Positions 46,001-53,602 of a DNA stretch of 53,602 nt are shown one piece after another; position 1 is the stretch's first letter; the number at the start of each line of letters is the position of its first letter. Origin of the DNA: a virus (lineage: Duplodnaviria; Caudoviricetes); IMG/VR virus record IMGVR_UViG_3300021964_000094, positions 1-53,602 of that record; one strand, given 5' to 3'. The notes below the pieces were generated by a model. It did not search any database, was not told the DNA's origin, and worked only from the letters and a program-made list of their open reading frames with translations. A program made the position numbers and the translations under genes.

Positions 46001-48604
46001 ATTAACAGCGTAACAGCAAGTGAGTTTTATACTGATCAAATATTAATAAAAGATAATTTCTTTACTACAACAAGCAGTAACGGAAACTTAGAGTTACGTG
46101 CTAGTGGTACTGGAAAAGTTGTAGTAAGCGAAACAAATGTACAAATTGATACAGACTTAACAGTTGATTTAGAAACTGATCTAAATGATACTAATATTTC
46201 AGAAACATTAACACTAACAGGAAACAGGATTGTTAGTGGAACTTACACAAATATTGGTAGCACAACAGTTTCAAACGATGTAACTATTGACGGATACTTA
46301 CAAGGAGACAATGTTCGTTTTGAAACAAATTACGTTAGTACAACTGAATCAAACAGCGATTTAGAATTAAGAGCAAGTGGTACAGGTAAAGTTGTAGTAA
46401 ACAACACAGATGTTGACGTAACAAACAACCTAACTGTTGTAGGTGATATTTTTACAACAAATGCCAATATCACAAACACTCTTACATTTGATAGACTAGA
46501 ACAAAATGAAATTGTACTAGATAATAACTTTATAACAACTACAACATCTAACGCAGATCTTGAATTACGTGGCAGTGGATCGGCATTGATAGTTGTTCCT
46601 GATTCAGTTACTGTATCTGAAAATTTAAATGTTACAGGTACTGTGTTTGGTAACATAGTTACTGCGAATGATACCGTTACATTAAATTCGTTTACACATA
46701 ACAATGGTACATTAACTAGATCAGGAACAACTGTACTTAATAATGAATTAATTGTTAATGATAATGTTCAATTTGAAAACATTAAGATTGACGATAACAC
46801 AATTTCAACAACAGAATCAAATAGTGATTTAGAATTACGTGCGGCAGGAACCGGCCAAATACTGATAGATCACAATGTTACATTAGGAAAAAACATTACT
46901 GTTTTAGGTAATACTAATCTTTCCGGAGACTTTACGGTTTCAAGCATTGTGTTTAACAGTATTAGCAATGGCGATATCTTAATTGATGATAATTTTATTA
47001 CTACTACGCTGTCTGATAGTAACTTAGAGCTTAGAGCAAACGGTGTAGGAACGCTATATTTAGACAGCAATAATTTACAAGCAGACGAAGATTTTACAGT
47101 TAATGGGATAACTGATTTATTAGATACAACTATTAATGGATCAATAATACATACCGGTAATGCTGTACATACAGGAAATTATACTAATAATGGTGCGATA
47201 AAAACCACACAAAATTTTGTCACTAGTGGCGACCCAACATTCTCTAATATAAGAGTTGTAAACAACACAATTACTACTAGCGATTCAAATAGTGACTTAG
47301 AGTTTAGGGCCGATGGTAATGGAAAAGTTATTTTTGACTATGATTCAAGATTTCAAAATAATGTAAACATCACTAATGACTTTATATCAAAAGACGTTAA
47401 TGTGCTTGGAACGCTTCAAGCAACAACCTTCCAAACACAAGATGATCTAAGAATTAGCGGAAATACTATTTCAACAACAGTTAGTAATAGTAATGTACAT
47501 CTCCGTGCTTTAACAGAAGTACAAGCTGATAATATTGTTTTTGATGATAACGTTATTAAATCAAAACAAACAAATCAGGATGTCGTACTAGAACCAGCAG
47601 GACAATTAGATGTTAGTACATCGGGTCCGCAGGGTTACACAGCAACATTACCAATAACTGGAAGTATGTACCTTGCCGCTGGAGCAGATTATAGCTTAAC
47701 AGAAGATAGACTATTAGGAATAACAAGTCAAGATTTACGTGATTGGGCCAACGCATTTAATGGACAAACTGTTACTATTGATTTAACAGGACAGTCAGTT
47801 GGAACTGCTCAAATTACAGGAACACTGGTATACACATCTGGAGATTCATATCTTGCTGTAACTCCAAATACATTATCGTCTGGTATGACATTCCAATATT
47901 ATGATGTTACGGGACTTACTCCTAATGCCGCAACACCAGGTACGACTAACTTTATACTACCAAAAGGAACAACAGCACAAGCAACAGCAATCGACGGAAT
48001 GATTAGGTTTGATACTGATCTTGATAAATTTACCGGACATGTGTCGGGAGTAAAACCTTTTGGCGGAGTATATTCAGCAGATAGAAGAACAAGTGTCACT
48101 GTTTCTGATAGCAGATTTTTTAAAGACAACCAAACAATTAATTTTCAAAACAATAATATACAAACAGCTCATATTGATAGTCAAGGAATAAAAGCACACG
48201 GTCTAACTGTTGACAATGTTACTATTAACGGTAATACAATTTCAAGTCTTACTAATAACGATATTAATATTATACCAAACGGTACAGGTGATGTAATATT
48301 AGATGAAACCATTGTTAGAGGTGACGAGTTTGAAAATCAAAACGCTACAGATCCTATGTCGCTTGCTACAACAGCAAACGGGTATGTAAAGTTTAACACT
48401 AAAACAGCGGTCGTAATGCCAAACGGTACTACTGGCCAACGTCCGGCAAATCCTGAAATAGGAACAGTTCGTTATAATTCTCAACAAGGTACTCCAGAAG
48501 TATGGAATGGCAGTACTTGGGCAACATGGGCTGGATCTAGTGTAACAGCATCTGAAGCAGAAATTGATGACATATCAAACATTTTTGCTATCCTACTTGG
48601 ATAA
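43091..48604 (+). CDS. Long tail-fibre-like structural protein 1 (1837 aa)
   Basis: GRISG.MLKANL.R.GVDLAFENDLLYLDV N-terminus; pectin-lyase/DUF1565-like WYVS...GPFKTIKHAL...GDTVYIYAGDYEE; about 13 N.I.TT.SNSDLELRA.GTG repeats; C-terminal P.GTT.QRP....G..RYN. Confidence 0.8.
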   Translation: MSTLGRISGQMLKANLERSGVDLAFENDLLYLDVNNGKVGINTSIVPRDLTIDGTSLTTDLIVDTGFLQVVDTVIDGSTGNITTVGNQPVTINAHSGNVDISSLTVNSLFFENSTIQTNESNTNLEIRVNGSGRIEFGTDDSAFTDVLMRQNLHAVGDVTLDGNISFGDSSVEDTLSVYGKIHSDIMPSVTDLYNIGSPTEKWKEVHSRTINGEFLVTTDFGVPGITTISARPGNTWYVSTVEGDDTNVGDHQMGPFKTIKHALSQATVGDTVYIYAGDYEEFFPLTVPKGVTVQGEGIRSVKVYPHTSHNDKDAFLLNGETTVENLTVSDFYYNSTNDTGYAFRFANNLQVDERSPYVRNISVITRSDSSNESAGRGALVDGSVATQYSKEASMLFHSVTFITPGSIALYMKNGVRVEWLNSFTYFASRGFYAQNGAFGRLTPDGSTIKYGAELRSIGSANVYGIVGAEADGNQCLMYLIQHNFAYVGAGTDVENDPGFVTQNTETIEVNSGKIYYQSVDQSGDFRVGEAFTVDQSSGFITANGLGGNVGGVTNISFGDGVNNTEIDASQVSTGNIQLTQNNVNTVGGDLNITPSSGSTTLDSDVEIRDGLTVGGDMIVNGAVSFGDSSQQGGGSQISFDAPISIDLEPTFDVTYNLGNDVESWKTVYTNRYLAEDIQLFQNRITTTRSSSNLDLEAAGTGVIQFVSPVEITNNLSTGDADLQDVDITGDLIQTGNTTLTGNKTVSGNYTLSGFLNLNDDLVPFDDIKIAGNKITTTESNSNLQLDASGTGKVVFSTDTDISLNLTTDQLVSNEIDNTGSAVTSDEYFTDGLHIFQDNIVGTSNDSIDVRTTTIKLQDDVDVTQDLQVSGTSTLLNTTTNGTLDVTGPTTLVGDAEIQSTLIVNGGNLTTSGLHLGNIRVDTNVITTTESNSDLELRASGTGRVITNERVLVENTIDVRGALDFQSLTAINSVTASEFYTDQILIKDNFFTTTSSNGNLELRASGTGKVVVSETNVQIDTDLTVDLETDLNDTNISETLTLTGNRIVSGTYTNIGSTTVSNDVTIDGYLQGDNVRFETNYVSTTESNSDLELRASGTGKVVVNNTDVDVTNNLTVVGDIFTTNANITNTLTFDRLEQNEIVLDNNFITTTTSNADLELRGSGSALIVVPDSVTVSENLNVTGTVFGNIVTANDTVTLNSFTHNNGTLTRSGTTVLNNELIVNDNVQFENIKIDDNTISTTESNSDLELRAAGTGQILIDHNVTLGKNITVLGNTNLSGDFTVSSIVFNSISNGDILIDDNFITTTLSDSNLELRANGVGTLYLDSNNLQADEDFTVNGITDLLDTTINGSIIHTGNAVHTGNYTNNGAIKTTQNFVTSGDPTFSNIRVVNNTITTSDSNSDLEFRADGNGKVIFDYDSRFQNNVNITNDFISKDVNVLGTLQATTFQTQDDLRISGNTISTTVSNSNVHLRALTEVQADNIVFDDNVIKSKQTNQDVVLEPAGQLDVSTSGPQGYTATLPITGSMYLAAGADYSLTEDRLLGITSQDLRDWANAFNGQTVTIDLTGQSVGTAQITGTLVYTSGDSYLAVTPNTLSSGMTFQYYDVTGLTPNAATPGTTNFILPKGTTAQATAIDGMIRFDTDLDKFTGHVSGVKPFGGVYSADRRTSVTVSDSRFFKDNQTINFQNNNIQTAHIDSQGIKAHGLTVDNVTINGNTISSLTNNDINIIPNGTGDVILDETIVRGDEFENQNATDPMSLATTANGYVKFNTKTAVVMPNGTTGQRPANPEIGTVRYNSQQGTPEVWNGSTWATWAGSSVTASEAEIDDISNIFAILLG

Positions 48605-48618
48605 ATTTCCAAATTAGC

Positions 48619-48624
48619 TAAATA
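48619..48624 (+). promoter_or_regulatory. Late promoter
   Basis: TAAATA about 70 nt upstream of the TTG start at 48695. Confidence 0.65.
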
Positions 48625-48632
48625 CTATTACA

Positions 48633-48683
48633 AACTGTGGTAAACCCGCAATGTAAGGTGGTTATCCGTGAAACTCGGAAGTT
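48633..48683 (+). ncRNA. Candidate structured 5' leader (possible pseudoknot)
   Basis: TGTGG/CCGCA (48636-40/48646-50), AACC/GGTT (48643-46/48660-63), TCCG/CGGA (48665-68/48676-79), AACT/AGTT (48633-36/48680-83), abutting SD AGGAG. Confidence 0.4.
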
Positions 48684-48694
48684 AGGAGAGCGAA

Positions 48695-51600
48695 TTGAGC
48701 CAATTAGGTCGTATTTCGGGTCCGCTCTTGAAGGCAAATCTATTGCGTAATGGCATAGATCTGGCTTTTGAGAACGACTTATTATATTTAGATGTAACCA
48801 ATGGTAGGGTTGGAATTAACACCAACGCACCAACTCACGAATTAGAAGTCAGCGGCACAACACGTACTACTAACTTAGAGGTTACTAATTCAGTAAGCCT
48901 TTCAAACTTTACAATTTCAAACAATACTATTTCAAACGACGCAGGTGATATTACATTCACATCTCCTGTTATAATTAATAACGAATTAACTTTTGATGAC
49001 ATGCGTATCTTTGATAATGTCATCGAAACAACATCATCAAACGCAGACTTAGAAATTCGAACAAGCGGTACTGGTATAATTGATCTTCAATCAGATGTAC
49101 TTGTCGGCGGTAACTTACATGTAAATGGTAATATTACAGCAGACGGAACAATTGGATTAGGCGACAGTGTTAGCGATATTATTAATTTCAATGCTAGAAT
49201 AGCAAGTGATTTAATACCTTCTGAAAATGATAGATGGACAATAGGTAAAGATCCAGACGATTCAACTAATACACGTTGGAACGATCTTTGGGCTGTTAAC
49301 TTATATGCTGATTCTGTATTTTCAGCAAACATTGTTATTGACGGAATTAACTTAGCTACCCGTCCAGGTAATACTTATTATGTTAGTGTTAATGGTAGTG
49401 ATTTAAATAATACTGGAACACACCAAAACGATCCTGTTGAAAGTGTTGGATATGCTTTAAGTCAAGCAAGTTCCGGTGACACTATTTGGATTTATCCAGG
49501 CACATATACAGAAACATTTCCTTTAGTAGTTCCGGTCGGTGTAACAGTGCGAGGCACAGGAATACGCTCGGTTACTATTGAACCAACTGCCGCTACAAGA
49601 AACAAAAACGCTTTTGAATTAAATGGCGAAACTACTGTTGAAGATCTAACGGTAGCAAATTTTGAATATGACTCGGGCAATGATACTGGGTATGCTTTTG
49701 TTTTTGCGAATAATATAACTGTAACTAGTCGTTCTCCTTATGTTAGAAACATAACAGTTAGTACTAAAGGTAGTACTGTAAGATTAGGTACTAATCCTCC
49801 TGAAGATCCATTAGGATTCAACGCAGGTGACGCAGGAAAAGGAGCAAAGATTGATGGAAGTGTAGCAAATGCTTCAAGTAACGAAGCAAGTATGCTATTC
49901 CATTCAGCAACATTCATTACTCCTGGTGTTGATACAATTACAGCGACTAATGGTACAAGGGTAGAATGGCTTAACAGTTTTACATATTACGCAAACAAAG
50001 GCATGAACCTATTAAGTGGTACTGCTGGATTTAGTGGCGATGGTAAGACTAGAATTAAAATTTCAAACACCGGCGGCACGTTTGCTGTTAATGACACATT
50101 AAGTTATTATGATGTTGACGGTACAACAGTACTAGCATCAGGAACAATTGAAAGCATTAACGGTGACTTTTATAACATTGATGGTAAAGTTACAGGATTC
50201 GAAACACTTGAAGATAGAGCAGGCAAATCAGGAACAGCATACGGTGATGCTCAACTAGATACATCACAAGCAAAGTTTGGTGCTTCAAGTTTATTGCTAG
50301 ACGGAACTGGCGATTATGTAGGTTATTCAACACAGCCAGACTTTGGATTTGGAACTGGAGACTTTACAGTAGAAGGTTGGATAAGATTAGGTGCTCTTGC
50401 TTTAGATCAAACAGTATTTGATTTTAGAAATGGCGCTGATGGCGACACAGCTCCAGTATTAAGAATTAATACTTCTAATCAACTTGAGTTTGCTCCAGCA
50501 GATACAGCACAGATTACTGGAACTGCCCTTTCGAGTTTAACTTGGTATCATGTTGCTATTTCAAGATCATCAGGATCTACAAAATTATTTGTTAATGGAA
50601 CACAACAAGGATCAACTTATACAGATGCTAATGACTATGGAACCAGTAAACCATTAACTATTGGTGCTAAACATTCCGGAACAAACTTCTTGAATGGTCA
50701 TTTAGATGATATTCGAGTAAGTGATATTGCTAGATATACAGCAACCTTTGCGGCACCTGGAGCGGCATTTACAAGTGATACAAATACTGTATTGCTTTTA
50801 CACTTTAATGGTTCTGATGGCACAACTGTTATAGTTGATGACGGAATTACAACACAAGATATCAGAACTACCAGCGGTGGTACAGCAAGTAAAATTGATT
50901 TTGCTAACTATTCAGACTTTGGTGTTGAAGTTAGAGCAATTGGTTCAGCGAACGTTTATGGTAATTATGGTGTTTATGGCGACGGCGACGGAGTTATTGC
51001 TTACCTAATAGGACACAACCTTGCTTATATTGGTACAGGCAAGTCTAGTGAAAACGACGAAACACAAGTAATACAAGCAAACGAAATTACAGAGCTAAAC
51101 AGAGCAAAAATTTTATACTCAACTGTTGATCAAAGTGGTGATTTTAGAGTTGGCGATCAGTTTTATGTTAATCAGAGAACTGGTGAAGTAAGTTTTTCAA
51201 ATAGCGAACTTGATGTTACAGGTAGTTTAACATTTACATCAGGTGGCAACACAACATTTATTGATGCTACTAGGATTGATACTGGTAATTTACGTCTAAG
51301 TGGTAATACAATTTCAAGTACAACTGGTGATATTAATGTTAATCCTTATACAGATCAATTAAATTTAAACAGTGATGTTACAGTTACTGGCGATTTAAAT
51401 ATTACACAAGACGCAAACATTGGCGGTAACTTGGTACTTGTTGGTGATATTATCTTAAGTGCTAAAGTTGATTCTGATATTATTCCTAGCACAGACGATA
51501 CTTATAGTTTAGGTAGTCCAACAAACCAGTGGAATACAGTTTATGCTTCGAGATTGTTTACAGAAAATATTGAAATAGACAATAACAAGATTAGAACACT

Positions 51601-53602
51601 TGATTCTAACAGTAATTTAGATCTAGAAGCCGCAGGTAATGGTGTTATTAATATTGGGCTTAATGATGTTGTTGCTAATCAGGACGTTACAGTACAAGGT
51701 AACACAACTTTAACAAATACAACGATAAATGGATCACTTACACAAACTGGTGATCAAACAATCACAGGAGATGTTGTACAAACTGGTGGGTTAACTGTAG
51801 ACGGAGAGTTTACAGCAGGCGATTTAAAACTAGATGCTATTGAAATTGTTGGCAATGTAATACGTTCAACAGAAAGTAATGCTAATTTAGAACTTGATGC
51901 TGCAGGAACTGGCATAATTGACATTGCTAATAACGATGTTGAAATAACAAATACACTTACAGTACAAGGTACGTCAACCACAACAGGTATTACTAACACA
52001 GGTAACATTATATCTGATAGTTTTTCAACAGATCAGTTAACCATTAGTGGCAATGTAATTGAAAATACTGCTTCAAACAGTGAAATTATTTTTAGAACTA
52101 GTGGTACTGGTAACATAATACTTGACGCAGTTCAAACTCAAATAACACAAGACCTTACTGTTAGTGGAGACACAGCATTATCTAGTACAACAGTTACAGG
52201 AACATTTGATGTAACAGGAAATTCAACATTTATTGGTAATGTAACACAAACAGGATCATTAAATGTATCAGAAAATGTAAGTGTTGATGGTTATTTACAG
52301 TTAGATAATATTAAAATTGACACAAATTATATTAGTACAACTGAATCAAATAGTGATTTAGAACTTCGTGCTAGTGGAACAGGTCAAGTCGTATTCCCAA
52401 CTAGCAATGTATTAATTAATAACGACTTAGATGTAAATGGAAGCATTGTAACAAGTAACCTTAGTGTTACAGGAAGCATTATTGCTCCTGCTTTTGATAG
52501 CGGTGATATATTAATTGAGAACAATGTTGTAACTACTACATCGTCTAACAGTGATCTAGAATTACGTGCCTCTGGCACAGGTGAAATACTTGTTCCTAGT
52601 AATAATGTACAAATTGACAACGATTTAAATGTTGACGGTATTACTAGTTTAAATGATACAACAATTAACGGTACATTAACACACGTAGGTAATACAACAC
52701 ATACTGGAAACTATAATCTAACAGGTGCTTTCAATCAAACTGGTGATTTTACAACAAGTGGATACATTGACCTACCTGATTTATTAATTGAAACTAATTT
52801 TATCAGTACAAAAACCAGTAATAGTAATTTAGAACTACGAGCTAACGGTACAGGAAAAGTAATTGTACCTAATAATGATGTTGAATTTGGACAAAACTTA
52901 ACAGTAGTCGGCGATGTTACTGCTAGTGATATTAACATCACAGGCGTATTGAGCGCACCTGTAATATCAAATGGCAATATTGAGATTGATAATAATGTTA
53001 TTAGAACTACGCAATCAAATTCAGACTTAGAATTAAGAGCTAATGGAACTGGTACTGTTCTTATTCCTGATAATGATGTACAAATTGATAATGATTTAAC
53101 AGTTTCAAACAATACAGTAGTTGAAACATTAACTGCTAATGGATTAATACTTAATGGCAATGTTGTTCAAACAGGAAATTACACACAGAGCAATGGTACA
53201 CAAACATTAAACGGTCAATTAACTGTTAATGATAAAGCTCAATTTGAAGAAATTCAAATTAACACGAACTTTATCACTACTACAACTACAAATACTGATT
53301 TAGAATTACGTGCCGCAGGCACAGGACAAGTAATTGTACCTAATAATGATGTTACTATCACACAAGATCTAACTATTGGCGGTAACATCACAGCAACTGG
53401 CATTACTGTTGAAGATGATTTAAACGCAGATGTAATTAGTAACGGTGACATTGAGATTGAAGGCAATGTTATCACTACAACTTTAAGTAACAGTAATTTA
53501 GAACTACGTGCCAATGGTGCTGGTGTTATACTTGTTCCATCAAACGATTTTGAAATCGATAACGACTTAACAGTTAACGGTACAACAAATCTTTCAGATA
53601 CA
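48695..53602 (+). CDS. Long tail-fibre-like structural protein 2 (>1636 aa, 3' end outside window) with LamG/concanavalin-like domain
   Basis: TTG start after AGGAG. MSQLGRISGPLLKANLLRNGIDLAFENDLLYLDVTNGRVGIN is paralogous to 43091. LamG motifs FGTGDFTVEGW, WYHVAISR, LFVNG and GHLDDIRVS lie at ~50230-50820. Carries the same SNSDLELRA.GTG repeats; frame open to the window end; missing from the ORF track. Confidence 0.85.
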   Translation, partial: MSQLGRISGPLLKANLLRNGIDLAFENDLLYLDVTNGRVGINTNAPTHELEVSGTTRTTNLEVTNSVSLSNFTISNNTISNDAGDITFTSPVIINNELTFDDMRIFDNVIETTSSNADLEIRTSGTGIIDLQSDVLVGGNLHVNGNITADGTIGLGDSVSDIINFNARIASDLIPSENDRWTIGKDPDDSTNTRWNDLWAVNLYADSVFSANIVIDGINLATRPGNTYYVSVNGSDLNNTGTHQNDPVESVGYALSQASSGDTIWIYPGTYTETFPLVVPVGVTVRGTGIRSVTIEPTAATRNKNAFELNGETTVEDLTVANFEYDSGNDTGYAFVFANNITVTSRSPYVRNITVSTKGSTVRLGTNPPEDPLGFNAGDAGKGAKIDGSVANASSNEASMLFHSATFITPGVDTITATNGTRVEWLNSFTYYANKGMNLLSGTAGFSGDGKTRIKISNTGGTFAVNDTLSYYDVDGTTVLASGTIESINGDFYNIDGKVTGFETLEDRAGKSGTAYGDAQLDTSQAKFGASSLLLDGTGDYVGYSTQPDFGFGTGDFTVEGWIRLGALALDQTVFDFRNGADGDTAPVLRINTSNQLEFAPADTAQITGTALSSLTWYHVAISRSSGSTKLFVNGTQQGSTYTDANDYGTSKPLTIGAKHSGTNFLNGHLDDIRVSDIARYTATFAAPGAAFTSDTNTVLLLHFNGSDGTTVIVDDGITTQDIRTTSGGTASKIDFANYSDFGVEVRAIGSANVYGNYGVYGDGDGVIAYLIGHNLAYIGTGKSSENDETQVIQANEITELNRAKILYSTVDQSGDFRVGDQFYVNQRTGEVSFSNSELDVTGSLTFTSGGNTTFIDATRIDTGNLRLSGNTISSTTGDINVNPYTDQLNLNSDVTVTGDLNITQDANIGGNLVLVGDIILSAKVDSDIIPSTDDTYSLGSPTNQWNTVYASRLFTENIEIDNNKIRTLDSNSNLDLEAAGNGVINIGLNDVVANQDVTVQGNTTLTNTTINGSLTQTGDQTITGDVVQTGGLTVDGEFTAGDLKLDAIEIVGNVIRSTESNANLELDAAGTGIIDIANNDVEITNTLTVQGTSTTTGITNTGNIISDSFSTDQLTISGNVIENTASNSEIIFRTSGTGNIILDAVQTQITQDLTVSGDTALSSTTVTGTFDVTGNSTFIGNVTQTGSLNVSENVSVDGYLQLDNIKIDTNYISTTESNSDLELRASGTGQVVFPTSNVLINNDLDVNGSIVTSNLSVTGSIIAPAFDSGDILIENNVVTTTSSNSDLELRASGTGEILVPSNNVQIDNDLNVDGITSLNDTTINGTLTHVGNTTHTGNYNLTGAFNQTGDFTTSGYIDLPDLLIETNFISTKTSNSNLELRANGTGKVIVPNNDVEFGQNLTVVGDVTASDINITGVLSAPVISNGNIEIDNNVIRTTQSNSDLELRANGTGTVLIPDNDVQIDNDLTVSNNTVVETLTANGLILNGNVVQTGNYTQSNGTQTLNGQLTVNDKAQFEEIQINTNFITTTTTNTDLELRAAGTGQVIVPNNDVTITQDLTIGGNITATGITVEDDLNADVISNGDIEIEGNVITTTLSNSNLELRANGAGVILVPSNDFEIDNDLTVNGTTNLSDT

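Noticed and set aside
48636-48680. c-di-GMP-I riboswitch (GGTAAACC start)
   Set aside because: Lacks the GNRA-capped P2 and the GACGCAAAG/P3 elements.
45598-53514. Short minus-strand ORFs across the fibre genes, and similar antisense ORFs over other genes
   Set aside because: Antisense shadows arising from codon bias of the real plus-strand genes.
45840-53602. Recurrent TTAGAATTACGTGC-like repeats as a CRISPR array or DGR template/variable repeats
   Set aside because: They are in-frame, synonymously diverged coding repeats with 195-273 nt spacing; no A-specific mismatch pattern was noticed and no reverse transcriptase or cas gene is in the window.
1-53602. Stop-codon reassignment, inteins, tRNA genes
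   Set aside because: Core genes are intact in the standard code and end in TAA, TAG and TGA; gp46, gp47, gp20 and gp23 have ordinary lengths with no intein motifs seen; no cloverleaf or T-loop consensus seen in the intergenic gaps.

Overview
AT-rich segment of a T4-superfamily myovirus genome (standard genetic code), covering virion morphogenesis. 1-19929 (minus strand) is the baseplate module: a giant wedge protein of more than 3581 aa that runs off the left edge and is missing from the ORF track, then gp6, gp25, a gp5-like spike, hub, gp53-like and tube-initiator-like genes. 20021-24375 (plus) is a small DNA/transcription island: gp55 late sigma factor, gp47/gp46, an Hc1-like protein and a stand-alone GIY-YIG nuclease. 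The nuclease stop codon is followed directly by a ~400-nt densely base-paired, pseudoknot-rich non-coding element that I cannot assign to a known RNA class; this nuclease + RNA pair is the best candidate for an undescribed system. Next come a probable internal head protein and gp26, which has a T-TTT-TTC slippery site that could fuse it by -1 frameshift to an unannotated gp51-like ORF. Two paralogous tape-measure-like genes follow, one with an intact and one with a degenerate M15 peptidase domain. The head module comprises portal, a DUF115/Maf-like transferase, an acidic core protein, gp21, gp22 and gp23. The window ends with structural genes and two paralogous long fibre genes, the second running off the right edge. 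TAAATA late promoters, sigma70 promoters, a terminator and two structured 5' leaders are visible. All product calls come from motifs and synteny read by eye; no database searches were run.
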